In this document: in pieces, positions 9,893 through 19,502 of the stretch | How positions within the stretch are numbered: the stretch's first letter is position 1 | Layout of the letters: every line of letters begins with the position of its first letter | Program-made: the position numbers and the translations under genes | The notes under the pieces: model-generated | Databases searched by the model: none | The model's input: only the letters and a program-made list of their open reading frames with translations | Told to the model about the DNA's origin: nothing | Assembly (NCBI GenBank): GCA_964230645.1 | Contig: CAXRHT010000002.1 | Coordinates: forward strand, 1,376,001-1,440,000 | Direction of reading: 5' to 3' | DNA: 64,000 nucleotides | Origin: Bdellovibrionales bacterium | Lineage (GTDB): Bacteria; Bdellovibrionota; Bdellovibrionia; Bdellovibrionales; JAGQZY01

Positions 9893-9921
9893 AAGACCTC
9901 TTTTGATGAGGTCTTTTTTTT
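9893..9921 (+). terminator. Rho-independent terminator
   Basis: AAGACCTC-N7-GAGGTCTT followed by a T-run, between convergent genes. Confidence 0.8.
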
Positions 9922-9952
9922 GCCCCCACTCGAGTAGCGAAGGTTTAGAAAA

Positions 9953-10696
9953 CTAGAGTGTAATAAATTGATGACCCTGATCATCGATCAATAAGGCTTG
10001 GGGCTCATCAAACCAACTCCCTAAATTGATTGCGGTCACCTCCTCACCCTCGGCATCAATCTTCTGAACATCACGATGGTGGGTATGGCCGGCTACGAAA
10101 TAATCAAAGGGAGCTTGCGGATAGACATCTTTTACATATTGATTCATGTATTTTCGAACTTGATGTTCATGAATTGATTTTTGGTGAGAGGTGTAATGGC
10201 GACTGGCCTGGCTAGCGCGCTCGCCAATCCAACTCACCAATGCTCCCGGAATGTTGTGAGCAAAAACTTTTACCGGTTTTGATGCGAGGACTGACTTTAA
10301 AAACAGATAACCTTTATCATCGGGATTCATTAAATCGCCGTGCTCAACGCGCACTTTGTAGGAGCCTAAGTTAAAAAACTCAGGTCCTTCATGGACCTTA
10401 ACCCCAACGTCCTGTTGCCAATACTTTTTTAAATATAGGTCGTGATTGCCTTCAAAGTAGTGAACTTCGATCCCTTTTTTCACAACCACACCTATAGCAT
10501 TCACGATTTTAGGGAACTTTTCAATAAAATAGGAATGATTGTGAATCCACAGATCAAAGATGTCCCCCACTAAAAAAAGGTGACTCGCCTGTCTTTGACC
10601 AATCTCGAGAGAATGCAAAAAGAGCAATAACTTTTCGCTATTGCTCTCTTGCTCGTTTTTTAAATGTATATCTGAAATAAACCAGGCTTTAATCAT
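9953..10696 (-). CDS. lpxH: UDP-2,3-diacylglucosamine diphosphatase-like metallophosphoesterase
   Basis: ISDIHL, GDIFDLW, GNHD, HGD...DKGY and GHTH motifs. Confidence 0.75.
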   Translation of the reverse strand: MIKAWFISDIHLKNEQESNSEKLLLFLHSLEIGQRQASHLFLVGDIFDLWIHNHSYFIEKFPKIVNAIGVVVKKGIEVHYFEGNHDLYLKKYWQQDVGVKVHEGPEFFNLGSYKVRVEHGDLMNPDDKGYLFLKSVLASKPVKVFAHNIPGALVSWIGERASQASRHYTSHQKSIHEHQVRKYMNQYVKDVYPQAPFDYFVAGHTHHRDVQKIDAEGEEVTAINLGSWFDEPQALLIDDQGHQFITL

Positions 10697-10703
10697 TCAT
10701 TGA

Positions 10704-12299
10704 TTAATTGTTATCGCTGTCTTCAGCTTGCGAGGACTTTTGACGACGAAGATAGGTTGGTACTTCTAAATCGTTTTTATTCAGAGGCATATCAACGTTC
10801 TCCTCGGCTCCCTCCTCGTTTTCCACTTCCATGGAAAGCTGTTCCGGGTTTGCCTGCCTTGCATTTTGAGCGGTTTGCTCTTTGTAAGCGCGGGCCTTGG
10901 CCATTAAAATATCACGTGGCAAAGGTTTCTTCTCCTCAGCCGGCTGAGGCGGAGAAAAAACTTGCTCGGTGGCTGGAGATTGATCCGCTCTTTGATGATC
11001 ACGAGCCTCATAGGATTCTTCTCTCGGTCTTTCCACCTGAGGTTGAGAGCTCTGAGTCTCATGGTTGGGTTGCTGAGGAGGAATCGGAGGTAACTCACGC
11101 TCCATCGGCTGCTGCTGTTGTGGCTGCTGGGGCTGTTGAGAAAAATTCTGCGACTCTGAAGGATGCGGTTGATTCGGCATCGGAGCCTGTGGCTGCTGAT
11201 GTTGGCCCGACATCCCTTGGTTTTGTTGATAATTATGATTTTGTCCGCTTCCAGACATGGCTTGCCTAGCAACCTGCATTTGCTGTTGCATGATTTGCAT
11301 TTGCTCATGACTGCTTGGCCTTGTACTTGGATTGGCCATCAGATTTTGATTGAAGCCTGTGGCAATTACGGTCACCCGAACCGCTTCTCCCATATTTTCA
11401 TCAATGACCGCTCCGAAAATAATTTCAGCATCCTCGTGGGCGGCTTCTGTAATCAGGGTTGAAGCCTCATTGACTTCATAGAGACTTAGTCCCGTGCCTC
11501 CAGTCACGTTTATAATAATTCCAGTCGCCCCTTCAATAGATATGTTTTCCAGCAGAGGTGAGGAAATACTGGCCGTGGCCGCTTCGATGGATCGGTTGTC
11601 ACCGTCAGCAGAAGCGGTACCCATGATGGCCATACCTTGAGCGGACATGACGGTTCTGATATCAGCAAAGTCCAGGTTAATCAGACCGCGAATATTGATT
11701 AAGTCTGAAATTCCTTTGACCGCCTGAAGTAAAACTTCATCCGCTTTCTTGAAAGTTTCAAGAAGAGGTGTTTTTTCTCCGGAAATAGACAGAAGTTTTT
11801 GGTTAGGAATAACAATAAGTGTATCGACATTTTCTTGTAACTCTTGGATTCCAGCATGCGCATGACGCATTCTCTTTTTTCCCTCAAAGGAAAAAGGCTT
11901 GGTAACCACACCAATCGTTAGAGCTCCTAACTCCTTGGCAATTTTTGCTACGATTGGAGCTCCACCGGTTCCTGTTCCCCCACCCATTCCGGCAGTAACA
12001 AAAACCATATCGGCGCCCTCTAAGGACTCAACGATTTCATTGTATGACTCGATGGCGGCTCTTTTACCAATTTCGGGATTGGCTCCAGCACCAAGCCCCT
12101 TGGTGAGTTCACGACCCACTTGGATTTTTTTAGTGGCCTTATGAGGACCGAGGGCCTGTTGATCCGTATTAGCGACAATAAACTCGACACCGGATAATCC
12201 TCCCTCGATCATCGTAGAAACAGCGTTATTACCACCGCCTCCGATGCCGACTACTTTAATATTGGCTCCGATATCTGTTTTTTCTTCTAATTCAAACAT
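10704..12299 (-). CDS. ftsZ: Cell division GTPase FtsZ with a long Q/P-rich linker
   Basis: GGGGNNA, GGGTGTG tubulin signature, NLDFAD, C-terminal [10 protein letters not shown]. Confidence 0.98.
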   Translation of the reverse strand: MFELEEKTDIGANIKVVGIGGGGNNAVSTMIEGGLSGVEFIVANTDQQALGPHKATKKIQVGRELTKGLGAGANPEIGKRAAIESYNEIVESLEGADMVFVTAGMGGGTGTGGAPIVAKIAKELGALTIGVVTKPFSFEGKKRMRHAHAGIQELQENVDTLIVIPNQKLLSISGEKTPLLETFKKADEVLLQAVKGISDLINIRGLINLDFADIRTVMSAQGMAIMGTASADGDNRSIEAATASISSPLLENISIEGATGIIINVTGGTGLSLYEVNEASTLITEAAHEDAEIIFGAVIDENMGEAVRVTVIATGFNQNLMANPSTRPSSHEQMQIMQQQMQVARQAMSGSGQNHNYQQNQGMSGQHQQPQAPMPNQPHPSESQNFSQQPQQPQQQQPMERELPPIPPQQPNHETQSSQPQVERPREESYEARDHQRADQSPATEQVFSPPQPAEEKKPLPRDILMAKARAYKEQTAQNARQANPEQLSMEVENEEGAEENVDMPLNKNDLEVPTYLRRQKSSQAEDSDNN

Positions 12300-12312
12300 C
12301 TATATCGCCAGA

Positions 12313-13563
12313 TTATATGGACAGGTTTTTACTCATAATGTTTTTAACCTGCTCCCATGTTCCACTCGTTTTTTTCGACATAATATTAGTTTTTCGTTTC
12401 ACACCCGCATTGGCTCCAAACTCTTGGTCACAACCGAAGAGCAAAGTTCCAATGGCCGTTGAAAAAATGGGACTATTATAGGCCTCTCTCATCCCCACCA
12501 CATTGCGAGGAACTCCTCGCCGTACGGGAACATCAAAAGTAAATTCCGCCAATTCAACCAGTCCCTGGAGAAGACTTCCCCCTCCGGTCAAAATGACTCC
12601 AGCTCCAAGGGACTTCAACACATCCCACTCGCTGAGCTGATTAAAAATTAATGACAGTGTTTCTTCGGCTCTGGCTTCAAGGATTCGGCTCAATTCCACT
12701 CTTGGAATTTGAGTCGATTTTCTTTCACCAAGACCCACGACGTCGATAAGCTCGTCTTCACCAACCATATCCACTAAAGCCGTTCCATATTTCTTTTTAA
12801 CAACTTCCGCACTATTAATAGGAGTTTTAAGTCCAACAGCCACATCTTGAGTAAAGTTTAGACCACCCACCGGAATACTCCCGACATGTGTAATGCAAGA
12901 GTCTTTGTACACAACGATCTCGCAAGTTCCCCCACCCATTTCAACAACGGCCACTCCGATTTCTTTTTCATCTTCTTGAACAGTCGCTAGTGTTGAAGCG
13001 TATTGGTCAAGAACCACTTGTTTGACCCGCAGACCTGATTTTTGTACACAAGTTAAGAAGTTGCTCAGGCATTTTTCTGAAATGGTTATGAGTTGTGCAT
13101 CCACTTCCAGGCGAACACCCTTCATTTGAATGGGCGTATCAATCCCCTCTTGGCCATCGACTGTAAAAGACTGGGCCAAGGCGTGAAGGATGCGACTCTC
13201 TTCGGGTAGATGAACCGCCTTTGCTACCTCAAGAACGGAATCAATGTCTGACTTTTGGATTTCTTTTCCGCTCACAGGCACAAGACCACGGGAAGGAATG
13301 GCTTTAACACCTTGCCCACCTACTGATAGGTAAACAGAGTGCAATTTCACACCCGCCATTAATTCCGCCTCTTCTTTGGCTTCCAAAATGGCTTTTTCAG
13401 TTTCGGCCATGTTGACGATTTGTCCTTGGCGGACGCCGGTGTTTTCCGTTTTACCCACACCGATCACTTCCACCTCGCCTTGAGCATAGGTGGCGATTGC
13501 CATCACGACTTTAGTTGATCCGATGTCAAGAGCTGCTATAACTTGGTTTCGATTTTCTCTCAT
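12313..13563 (-). CDS. ftsA: Cell division protein FtsA
   Basis: ALDIGSTKV, MGGGT, LTGGGS; directly upstream of ftsZ; ATG 13563 with GAGG upstream. Confidence 0.96.
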   Translation of the reverse strand: MRENRNQVIAALDIGSTKVVMAIATYAQGEVEVIGVGKTENTGVRQGQIVNMAETEKAILEAKEEAELMAGVKLHSVYLSVGGQGVKAIPSRGLVPVSGKEIQKSDIDSVLEVAKAVHLPEESRILHALAQSFTVDGQEGIDTPIQMKGVRLEVDAQLITISEKCLSNFLTCVQKSGLRVKQVVLDQYASTLATVQEDEKEIGVAVVEMGGGTCEIVVYKDSCITHVGSIPVGGLNFTQDVAVGLKTPINSAEVVKKKYGTALVDMVGEDELIDVVGLGERKSTQIPRVELSRILEARAEETLSLIFNQLSEWDVLKSLGAGVILTGGGSLLQGLVELAEFTFDVPVRRGVPRNVVGMREAYNSPIFSTAIGTLLFGCDQEFGANAGVKRKTNIMSKKTSGTWEQVKNIMSKNLSI

Positions 13564-13628
13564 CAACTCAACCTTTGTTGAACAAAATAAAACGGACTGG
13601 ACTGTCAAATAGTCCTATACTTAAGAGC

Positions 13629-14378
13629 TTAGGAACGCTTACGCAGTCTGACAAGGACTTTTTTTGAGAAGCTTGCATCAATGACGCGCGCCTTTTGCTT
13701 TTGACTTTTTAGATAGTCAATCACGCGCAAAACTTGCAAGGCTTTGGTCTGGATACTTTCGGTACCCAAGTAAACAACAACGTCTTCTTCGATCAATTCA
13801 AAACTCAGTCCACTCACAGAATTCATATCCACTTGTAGGATATTTTCCTTTGCTAGAGGGCCAATGCCGGGAACTTCCGAAAAAAGTTTTAAGAGCCTTT
13901 TCATTTTTTTGGGCTCATCTAAAATATTATTGTTACGTAACAAGGGAACGGCTGGCGCTAGGCTTGCTTTTAACTTAGGCAACCTGTCGCCGTTATCTAA
14001 AATAGGGAAAATATTATTCTTTTTATCAACAAAAAGAAGCGCAGGCTCATGCAAATGAATAATGGTGTCTATTTTATCTGGAAAACGTCTTCTCATCTCA
14101 ACCGACTTCACCCATTTGTTAGATAAAATCTTTTGCTGGCTCTCAGAAAGGGAGGCTTGCCAAATATTGGTGCCTTTCATTGCTAAAATGGGTTGATTAA
14201 GTTCATTTTTCAAAGACTTTAAAAGGGCTTTCTGCTTAGGGCTTGCCTTAACGTGGATCGGTACAGATTTCACCACAAAAAAATCTTTCTCCGTTCTCAA
14301 ATACCACCCCACCATAAGAACCAGTCCTAAAGGGAGAAATATTAAAAGAGAATTTTTTAGCCATCTTAGCCATCGCAT
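13629..14378 (-). CDS. ftsQ: Cell division protein FtsQ/DivIB
   Basis: Single TM, POTRA-like WVKSVEMRRRFPDKI, C-terminal VIDASFSKKVLVR; upstream of ftsA. Confidence 0.85.
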   Translation of the reverse strand: MRWLRWLKNSLLIFLPLGLVLMVGWYLRTEKDFFVVKSVPIHVKASPKQKALLKSLKNELNQPILAMKGTNIWQASLSESQQKILSNKWVKSVEMRRRFPDKIDTIIHLHEPALLFVDKKNNIFPILDNGDRLPKLKASLAPAVPLLRNNNILDEPKKMKRLLKLFSEVPGIGPLAKENILQVDMNSVSGLSFELIEEDVVVYLGTESIQTKALQVLRVIDYLKSQKQKARVIDASFSKKVLVRLRKRS

Positions 14379-14485
14379 AGAGAAATTCTAAAGGTTTTTG
14401 GGTAAGAAGGAAAGCAACTTTGCTTGCAAGCGAGCTATTAGGTTCTTTTTGCATTTCACTAGAGCTTCATAGAGAATAAAATCCT

Positions 14486-15586
14486 ATGGAAAAGCACAAA
14501 GTTCTCTGTATCGATGATGAAACTCATAATTTAGAGGCTCTTGAACGCCTTCTGAGGAAAAAGTATGAGATTGTGACAGCCTCATCGGGCCCCGAAGCCC
14601 TCGAGAAACTTAAAGATCATCGTTTTTCCCTAATTATCAGCGATCAAAAAATGCCAGAGATGACAGGTGTCGAATTCTTTATGGAGGCAAAGAAAAACCA
14701 GCCAGAAGCGATTCGAGTTTTACTCACCGGTTACACAGACCTGGAGTCCGTCATCAATGCCATTAACCAAGGACAAATCTATCGCTACATTACCAAGCCC
14801 TGGGAGCCCGAGGAATTTTTAGGGGTCGTTCACCAAGCGATCGAAGTCCACGAAATGAAGGGAACCATCGCCAGACAGAACGAACAACTCATGAGAGCCA
14901 ATGAGGAGCTAAAAAGCCTTGATCAACTAAAAACGGACTTTATGTTGCTGGTGAATCACGAACTTAAAACTCCTCTCACGGCCATCTTTAGCTTTGTGCA
15001 ACTTCTAGAAGAAGAATCACTGCCCCCTGAACAGAAACTCTACCTTGATAAAATTTCTAAAAACACAAAAAGACTGCAAGAACTCATTAACGACACACTT
15101 TTAATTACTAAAATTAAGACTGACTCCAAGATGAATTCTAAGGATGACATTGACCTCAAACAGTTGGTGCAAGAACAGTGGCAAAATCTTGAAAAGGACT
15201 TTAGTAACCAAAAAATTGCATTGTCTGACTTGAGTGACTCCCCATTCATTCAACATGTGAATCAAAAGTCTATGGAGATCATTTTCAAAAAAATTCTACA
15301 TAATTGCTTCATACACGGCAAACCTGAAACAAAGGTGCATATTCAGTTTGAAGAGACCGATGAGCACTGGAGCTTAACCTGCACAAATGAGCTGACAAAA
15401 GATCTCGAAAAAACCTCTGAAGAGTTGCTTTCGGCTTTTAGCACTGATAAAGACATTCTCAATCACTCGGGAGGGTCGGGACTAGGATTGGCGGTCATAC
15501 AAGCGATCGTCAATTTGTTCGCTGGAAAATTAAAACTTAATACAGCCGACAAAAAGTTTGTAATTTCCATTCGCTTTCCCAAGTAA
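14486..15586 (+). CDS. Hybrid response regulator-histidine kinase (REC-HisKA-HATPase)
   Basis: REC: IDD, SDQKMP, LLTG, KPW. H-box HELKTPL; G2 GSGLGL. Confidence 0.9.
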   Translation: MEKHKVLCIDDETHNLEALERLLRKKYEIVTASSGPEALEKLKDHRFSLIISDQKMPEMTGVEFFMEAKKNQPEAIRVLLTGYTDLESVINAINQGQIYRYITKPWEPEEFLGVVHQAIEVHEMKGTIARQNEQLMRANEELKSLDQLKTDFMLLVNHELKTPLTAIFSFVQLLEEESLPPEQKLYLDKISKNTKRLQELINDTLLITKIKTDSKMNSKDDIDLKQLVQEQWQNLEKDFSNQKIALSDLSDSPFIQHVNQKSMEIIFKKILHNCFIHGKPETKVHIQFEETDEHWSLTCTNELTKDLEKTSEELLSAFSTDKDILNHSGGSGLGLAVIQAIVNLFAGKLKLNTADKKFVISIRFPK

Positions 15587-15635
15587 TTTTAATTAAAAAT
15601 TATAATATTATTACAGTAGAGGATCGGACTATTTT

Positions 15636-16556
15636 ATGAATGAGTTCATAAAGACGGGAATAAAAAAACTCATCGCAAAACTTGAACATTGGGGACAAAG
15701 TTTCTTTGAGATGCTCCCCAACATTGTTATCGCTCTCATCGCCATTGCCATTTTCGTGTTCATTAGTCGATGGGTTTACAACATCGTTCGAAATATTTTC
15801 CTAAGAACTCATATCAATCGCGGCTTAGCTCTTCTCATTGCCAACTCAAGCCGAATCATTGTGATAGGCTTTGGAATCATCGTCGCTCTTTCGATTGTTG
15901 AGCTTCAAAAGACTGTGTTTTCTTTACTCGCCGGGGTTGGTGTCATTGGCCTCGCTCTCGGTTTTGCGTTTCAGGATTTAGCCTCAAACTTTATATCAGG
16001 AATTATGCTCGCTGTGCGATCTCCTATAAAGCTTGATGACCTGGTGGAAATCAACGGAACACTGGGCTTTGTTCGAGACATCAATCTTAGAGAGACCGTA
16101 ATCCATAACTTTGACGGGCAGGAAATATTTGTACCAAACAAAGATTTTACATCTTCAAAGTTTATAAATTACAGTAGCTTTGGACGTCGAAAAATTCGCA
16201 TCGATGTGGGCATTCACTACGAAAATGATCCGGAAAAAGCCATTCCCATCATTGAGAAGGCCCTCTCCAAGGTAACAGGCTGTCTGGAAGACCCCGCTCC
16301 TGAGGCTTTTGTTGGAGGACTTGGTGATAGCAGCGTTAATCTGTTTGGCTTTATTTGGTATAAATATCCCAGTGATCTCAAGTATTACCGTATTCAGAGT
16401 GATTCGATTATCTATGTAAAAAAGGACCTTGAAAGTGCAGGTTATACGATTCCTTTTCCCATTCGCACTTTGGACGTTTCCTCAGATTTAATTAACGAAT
16501 TTAAAACTGACTCTAATAATTCTGCCCAATCAGAGAAAAAGGGTTCCAGTCATTAA
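15636..16556 (+). CDS. mscS: Small-conductance mechanosensitive channel
   Basis: GLALGFAFQDLASNFISG, G-x-V-x-x-I-x-LR-x-T, VPN motifs. Confidence 0.92.
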   Translation: MNEFIKTGIKKLIAKLEHWGQSFFEMLPNIVIALIAIAIFVFISRWVYNIVRNIFLRTHINRGLALLIANSSRIIVIGFGIIVALSIVELQKTVFSLLAGVGVIGLALGFAFQDLASNFISGIMLAVRSPIKLDDLVEINGTLGFVRDINLRETVIHNFDGQEIFVPNKDFTSSKFINYSSFGRRKIRIDVGIHYENDPEKAIPIIEKALSKVTGCLEDPAPEAFVGGLGDSSVNLFGFIWYKYPSDLKYYRIQSDSIIYVKKDLESAGYTIPFPIRTLDVSSDLINEFKTDSNNSAQSEKKGSSH

Positions 16557-16562
16557 AAAATT

Positions 16563-16592
16563 AAAAAGGCCAAACCCTTATGGTTTGGCCTT
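16563..16592 (-). terminator. Rho-independent terminator between mscS and pfpI
   Basis: AAGGCCAAACC-N5-GGTTTGGCCTT with a T-run on the minus strand. Confidence 0.75.
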
Positions 16593-16619
16593 CATTGTTT
16601 AATAATATCTTTGATACAC

Positions 16620-17183
16620 CTACAGTTGGTGACGACCTTCAGAAACTTCTTCCACTAGCTTTCCGCAGAAAGCGGGAAGATCATCGGGAAAACGTGAGGT
16701 TACCAATCCTTGATCGACAACCACTTCGCTATCTTCCCACTCAGCTCCTGCATTCATTAAGTCGGTTTTTATAGATTCATAGGAAGTCATTTTTCTTCCT
16801 TTAACCACTCCAGCTTCGGCAAGTGTCCAAGGTCCGTGACAAATAGCTGCCACAGGTTTTTGCTTAGATCCTGAGAAAAATCCTTTGATAAATTTTATCG
16901 CCTCTTTGTTGGTACGGAGCTTGTCAGGATTAATCACTCCACCTGGCAAAACGAGGGCGTCATAGTCGTCAGCAGATATATTACCGAGGGCTTTATCCAC
17001 TTTGTAAGTCTTACTCCAGTTACCATCTTTCCACGCCTTGATCTCCTCTTTTTCCAACGAAACTATCTCGGCATTTCCTCCAGCATCTTTGATAGCTTTC
17101 ATCGGCTCAGTCAGCTCTGACTCTTCGAATCCGTCCGTGGCTAAAATGGCTATTCTTTTATTTTTTAGAATCTCGGTACTCAT
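16620..17183 (-). CDS. pfpI: PfpI/DJ-1 family (class I glutamine amidotransferase-like) protease/deglycase
   Basis: ATDGFEESEL, LPGG, AAICHGPW, VTSR motifs. Confidence 0.92.
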   Translation of the reverse strand: MSTEILKNKRIAILATDGFEESELTEPMKAIKDAGGNAEIVSLEKEEIKAWKDGNWSKTYKVDKALGNISADDYDALVLPGGVINPDKLRTNKEAIKFIKGFFSGSKQKPVAAICHGPWTLAEAGVVKGRKMTSYESIKTDLMNAGAEWEDSEVVVDQGLVTSRFPDDLPAFCGKLVEEVSEGRHQL

Positions 17184-17459
17184 TTGTTCTCCTTTTTTTA
17201 AACAAAATCGATACTCAGTATAGTGAAGGAATCCCTATCAAAAAGACCAAAGGAGAAATGGAGCTGTTGTTTAAAAAACTAGACAACCTCCTGTCCTTTG
17301 GGTGTCGTCACCTTTGGCCACTCGAAAAGAGTAACTCAAAAACCAGTTTTTTCGTCCCACCCAAGCATATTTGTTGAAATTTACAATTTATGTTCACCCT
17401 TACTTTAGGTATATTAGGGTCTCACCAACTAGTCTCTAATATCTATGACAAGAGGAAAC

Positions 17460-18044
17460 ATGAATTTTGACAACTATCGCGAGTTTTTAGGAGGAGTTCT
17501 CAGAAATCCAAAGAGTTTTAGTACGCTTTTTCCCACAGGTGATTATCTCTCAGAAAAGTTGGCGCACTTGGCACAACTAGAAACCCGGTCCTCCGTTCTT
17601 GAACTAGGAGCAGGGTCTGGAGCCATTACTGCCACACTATTAAAGCACCTCAGTCCCGATGCGGAATTCTGTGGTTTGGAACTCGACGCTCAACTTGTTG
17701 AGCATCTTAAAAATCAGTTCCCCCCTCACCGTTTTGAAGAGGGATCAGCCACCCGGATTACTGAAATTTTTCATGGTCAAACTTTTGAAACAATTATCGC
17801 CTCACTGCCCTGGACACTTTTTGACAACAGTGAAAAGAGGGAAATTATCTCTGAAATTCAAAAGTCCCTCACCGAGGACGGTGAACTTATTTTCTTCATC
17901 ACTAAACATGTTGATCACACTTCTTCAGCCAAGGAACTCAAGACTCTTTTCGAACAAGAGAATTTTGAAATTGAAACCGGCCCGAGTGTCTGGCTCAATC
18001 TGCCACCTGCTAACTTATACAAAGCCAAAAGGAAGAAACAATGA
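17460..18044 (+). CDS. SAM-dependent methyltransferase, phospholipid N-methyltransferase (PmtA)-like
   Basis: RNPK...P, VLELGAGSGAIT, IIASLP, VWLNLPPA. Confidence 0.8.
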   Translation: MNFDNYREFLGGVLRNPKSFSTLFPTGDYLSEKLAHLAQLETRSSVLELGAGSGAITATLLKHLSPDAEFCGLELDAQLVEHLKNQFPPHRFEEGSATRITEIFHGQTFETIIASLPWTLFDNSEKREIISEIQKSLTEDGELIFFITKHVDHTSSAKELKTLFEQENFEIETGPSVWLNLPPANLYKAKRKKQ

Positions 18045-19408
18045 TTGAATCCACCAATCCTAAAAACGGGAAAACAATTAAGACTTACGAAAAGCTCTCT
18101 GACAAAGAAAGCCTTGAAAAACTAGACAAGGCTCACAAAAGATTTCAATCATGGCAAAAAACCTCTTTTGAAGATCGCTCGAAACTCTTCACTAGCCTTG
18201 CCGACGAATTGGAAAAGAATAAAAAGGAATGGTCAAAATTGATGACTGATGAAATGGGCAAACCCATTGATCAGGCTGAATCGGAAATCGAAAAATGCCA
18301 ATGGGTGTGCCGGTTTTACTCTGAAAATGCGAAAAGTTTCTTAGAAACCGATTCCATCGATGCGGATTACAAGAAGTCTCACGTTGCCTTCCGCCCCTTA
18401 GGAGTGATACTGGCAGTCATGCCTTGGAATTTTCCATTCTGGCAGGTTTTTCGCTTCGCTGCTCCCTCTATCATGGCTGGAAATACGGCGGTATTGAAAC
18501 ACGCCTCCAATGTCCCTGGATGCTCTCTGGCTATAGAGGAGGCTTTTTCCAAAGCTGGCTTTCCTGAGGGTGTTTTTCAATCACTTCTAATAGATCAAGA
18601 TCAGACATCAAAACTCATTGCTCATGATCAGGTACGGGCGGTGACTCTGACTGGAAGTACGGCGGCCGGTAAAAAAGTGGCTTCTCTCGCTGGAGAAAAT
18701 CTTAAAAAAACGGTCCTTGAACTCGGCGGCAGTGATGCCTACCTCGTCCTTGCAGATGCCGACGTTGATTTGGCCGTTGAGAAGTGTACCCAAAGTCGCC
18801 TCCTCAATTCTGGGCAGAGCTGTATTGCTGCCAAACGTTTTATCGTGCACAAATCTCTCGTTGAAGAATTCTCTGAGAAAATGAAGAAGAGCTTTGAGAA
18901 AAAGAAATGGGGCGATCCTATGGAGACTGGCCAAGATCTTGGCCCTATGGCCAGAGCTGACTTGCGAGATGAACTCCACGAGCAAGTAAAAAAATCTATC
19001 GAGAAGGGAGCCCATTGTTTAACTGGGGGAGAAATCCCTGATAAGGACGGAGCGTTTTATCCTCCCACAGTGTTGAAGGATGTGAAACCAGGCCAACCGG
19101 CTTTTGATGAAGAGCTTTTTGGCCCGGTCGCGGCTATTATATCCTTTGATAGTGTTGATGAAGCGATCGCTCTTTCCAATCAGTCAAAGTTTGGACTCGG
19201 TGGAGGCATATTCTCTAAAGACGAAGACAAAGCCTACAAGATCGCTGTTGAGAGTTTGGACACGGGGTCTGTTTTTATCAATGACTTCGTCAAATCTGAC
19301 CCAAGGCTTCCTTTTGGGGGAGTTAAACAGAGTGGCTATGGGCGCGAGCTTTCCTATTTTGGAATCAAAGAATTTGTAAATACCAAAACTGTTTGTGTGA
19401 AAAGCTGA
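18041..19408 (+). CDS. NAD(P)-dependent succinate-semialdehyde dehydrogenase (Sad-like)
   Basis: PWNFPFWQ, TGSTAAG, LELGGSD, GQSCIAAKR, EELFGP, PFGGVKQSGYGREL. Confidence 0.9.
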   Translation: MIESTNPKNGKTIKTYEKLSDKESLEKLDKAHKRFQSWQKTSFEDRSKLFTSLADELEKNKKEWSKLMTDEMGKPIDQAESEIEKCQWVCRFYSENAKSFLETDSIDADYKKSHVAFRPLGVILAVMPWNFPFWQVFRFAAPSIMAGNTAVLKHASNVPGCSLAIEEAFSKAGFPEGVFQSLLIDQDQTSKLIAHDQVRAVTLTGSTAAGKKVASLAGENLKKTVLELGGSDAYLVLADADVDLAVEKCTQSRLLNSGQSCIAAKRFIVHKSLVEEFSEKMKKSFEKKKWGDPMETGQDLGPMARADLRDELHEQVKKSIEKGAHCLTGGEIPDKDGAFYPPTVLKDVKPGQPAFDEELFGPVAAIISFDSVDEAIALSNQSKFGLGGGIFSKDEDKAYKIAVESLDTGSVFINDFVKSDPRLPFGGVKQSGYGRELSYFGIKEFVNTKTVCVKS

Positions 19409-19502
19409 TGGATACAAATAAATCAGCAACGCAGCATCGAATCAATCGAGAGCCCATGAGATTCTATAGAATCTTCGCCCGATAAATGGTAAATCCTCTT
19501 AC

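Noticed and set aside
10700..11462. Alternative-frame ORFs across the ftsZ linker (189, 134 and 99 aa)
   Set aside because: By-products of low-complexity CAG/CCG-rich coding sequence; no SD or family motifs.
14413..14429. TTGCAAGCAAAGTTGCT (minus) as a sigma54 promoter for ftsQ
   Set aside because: Lacks the invariant GG at -24.
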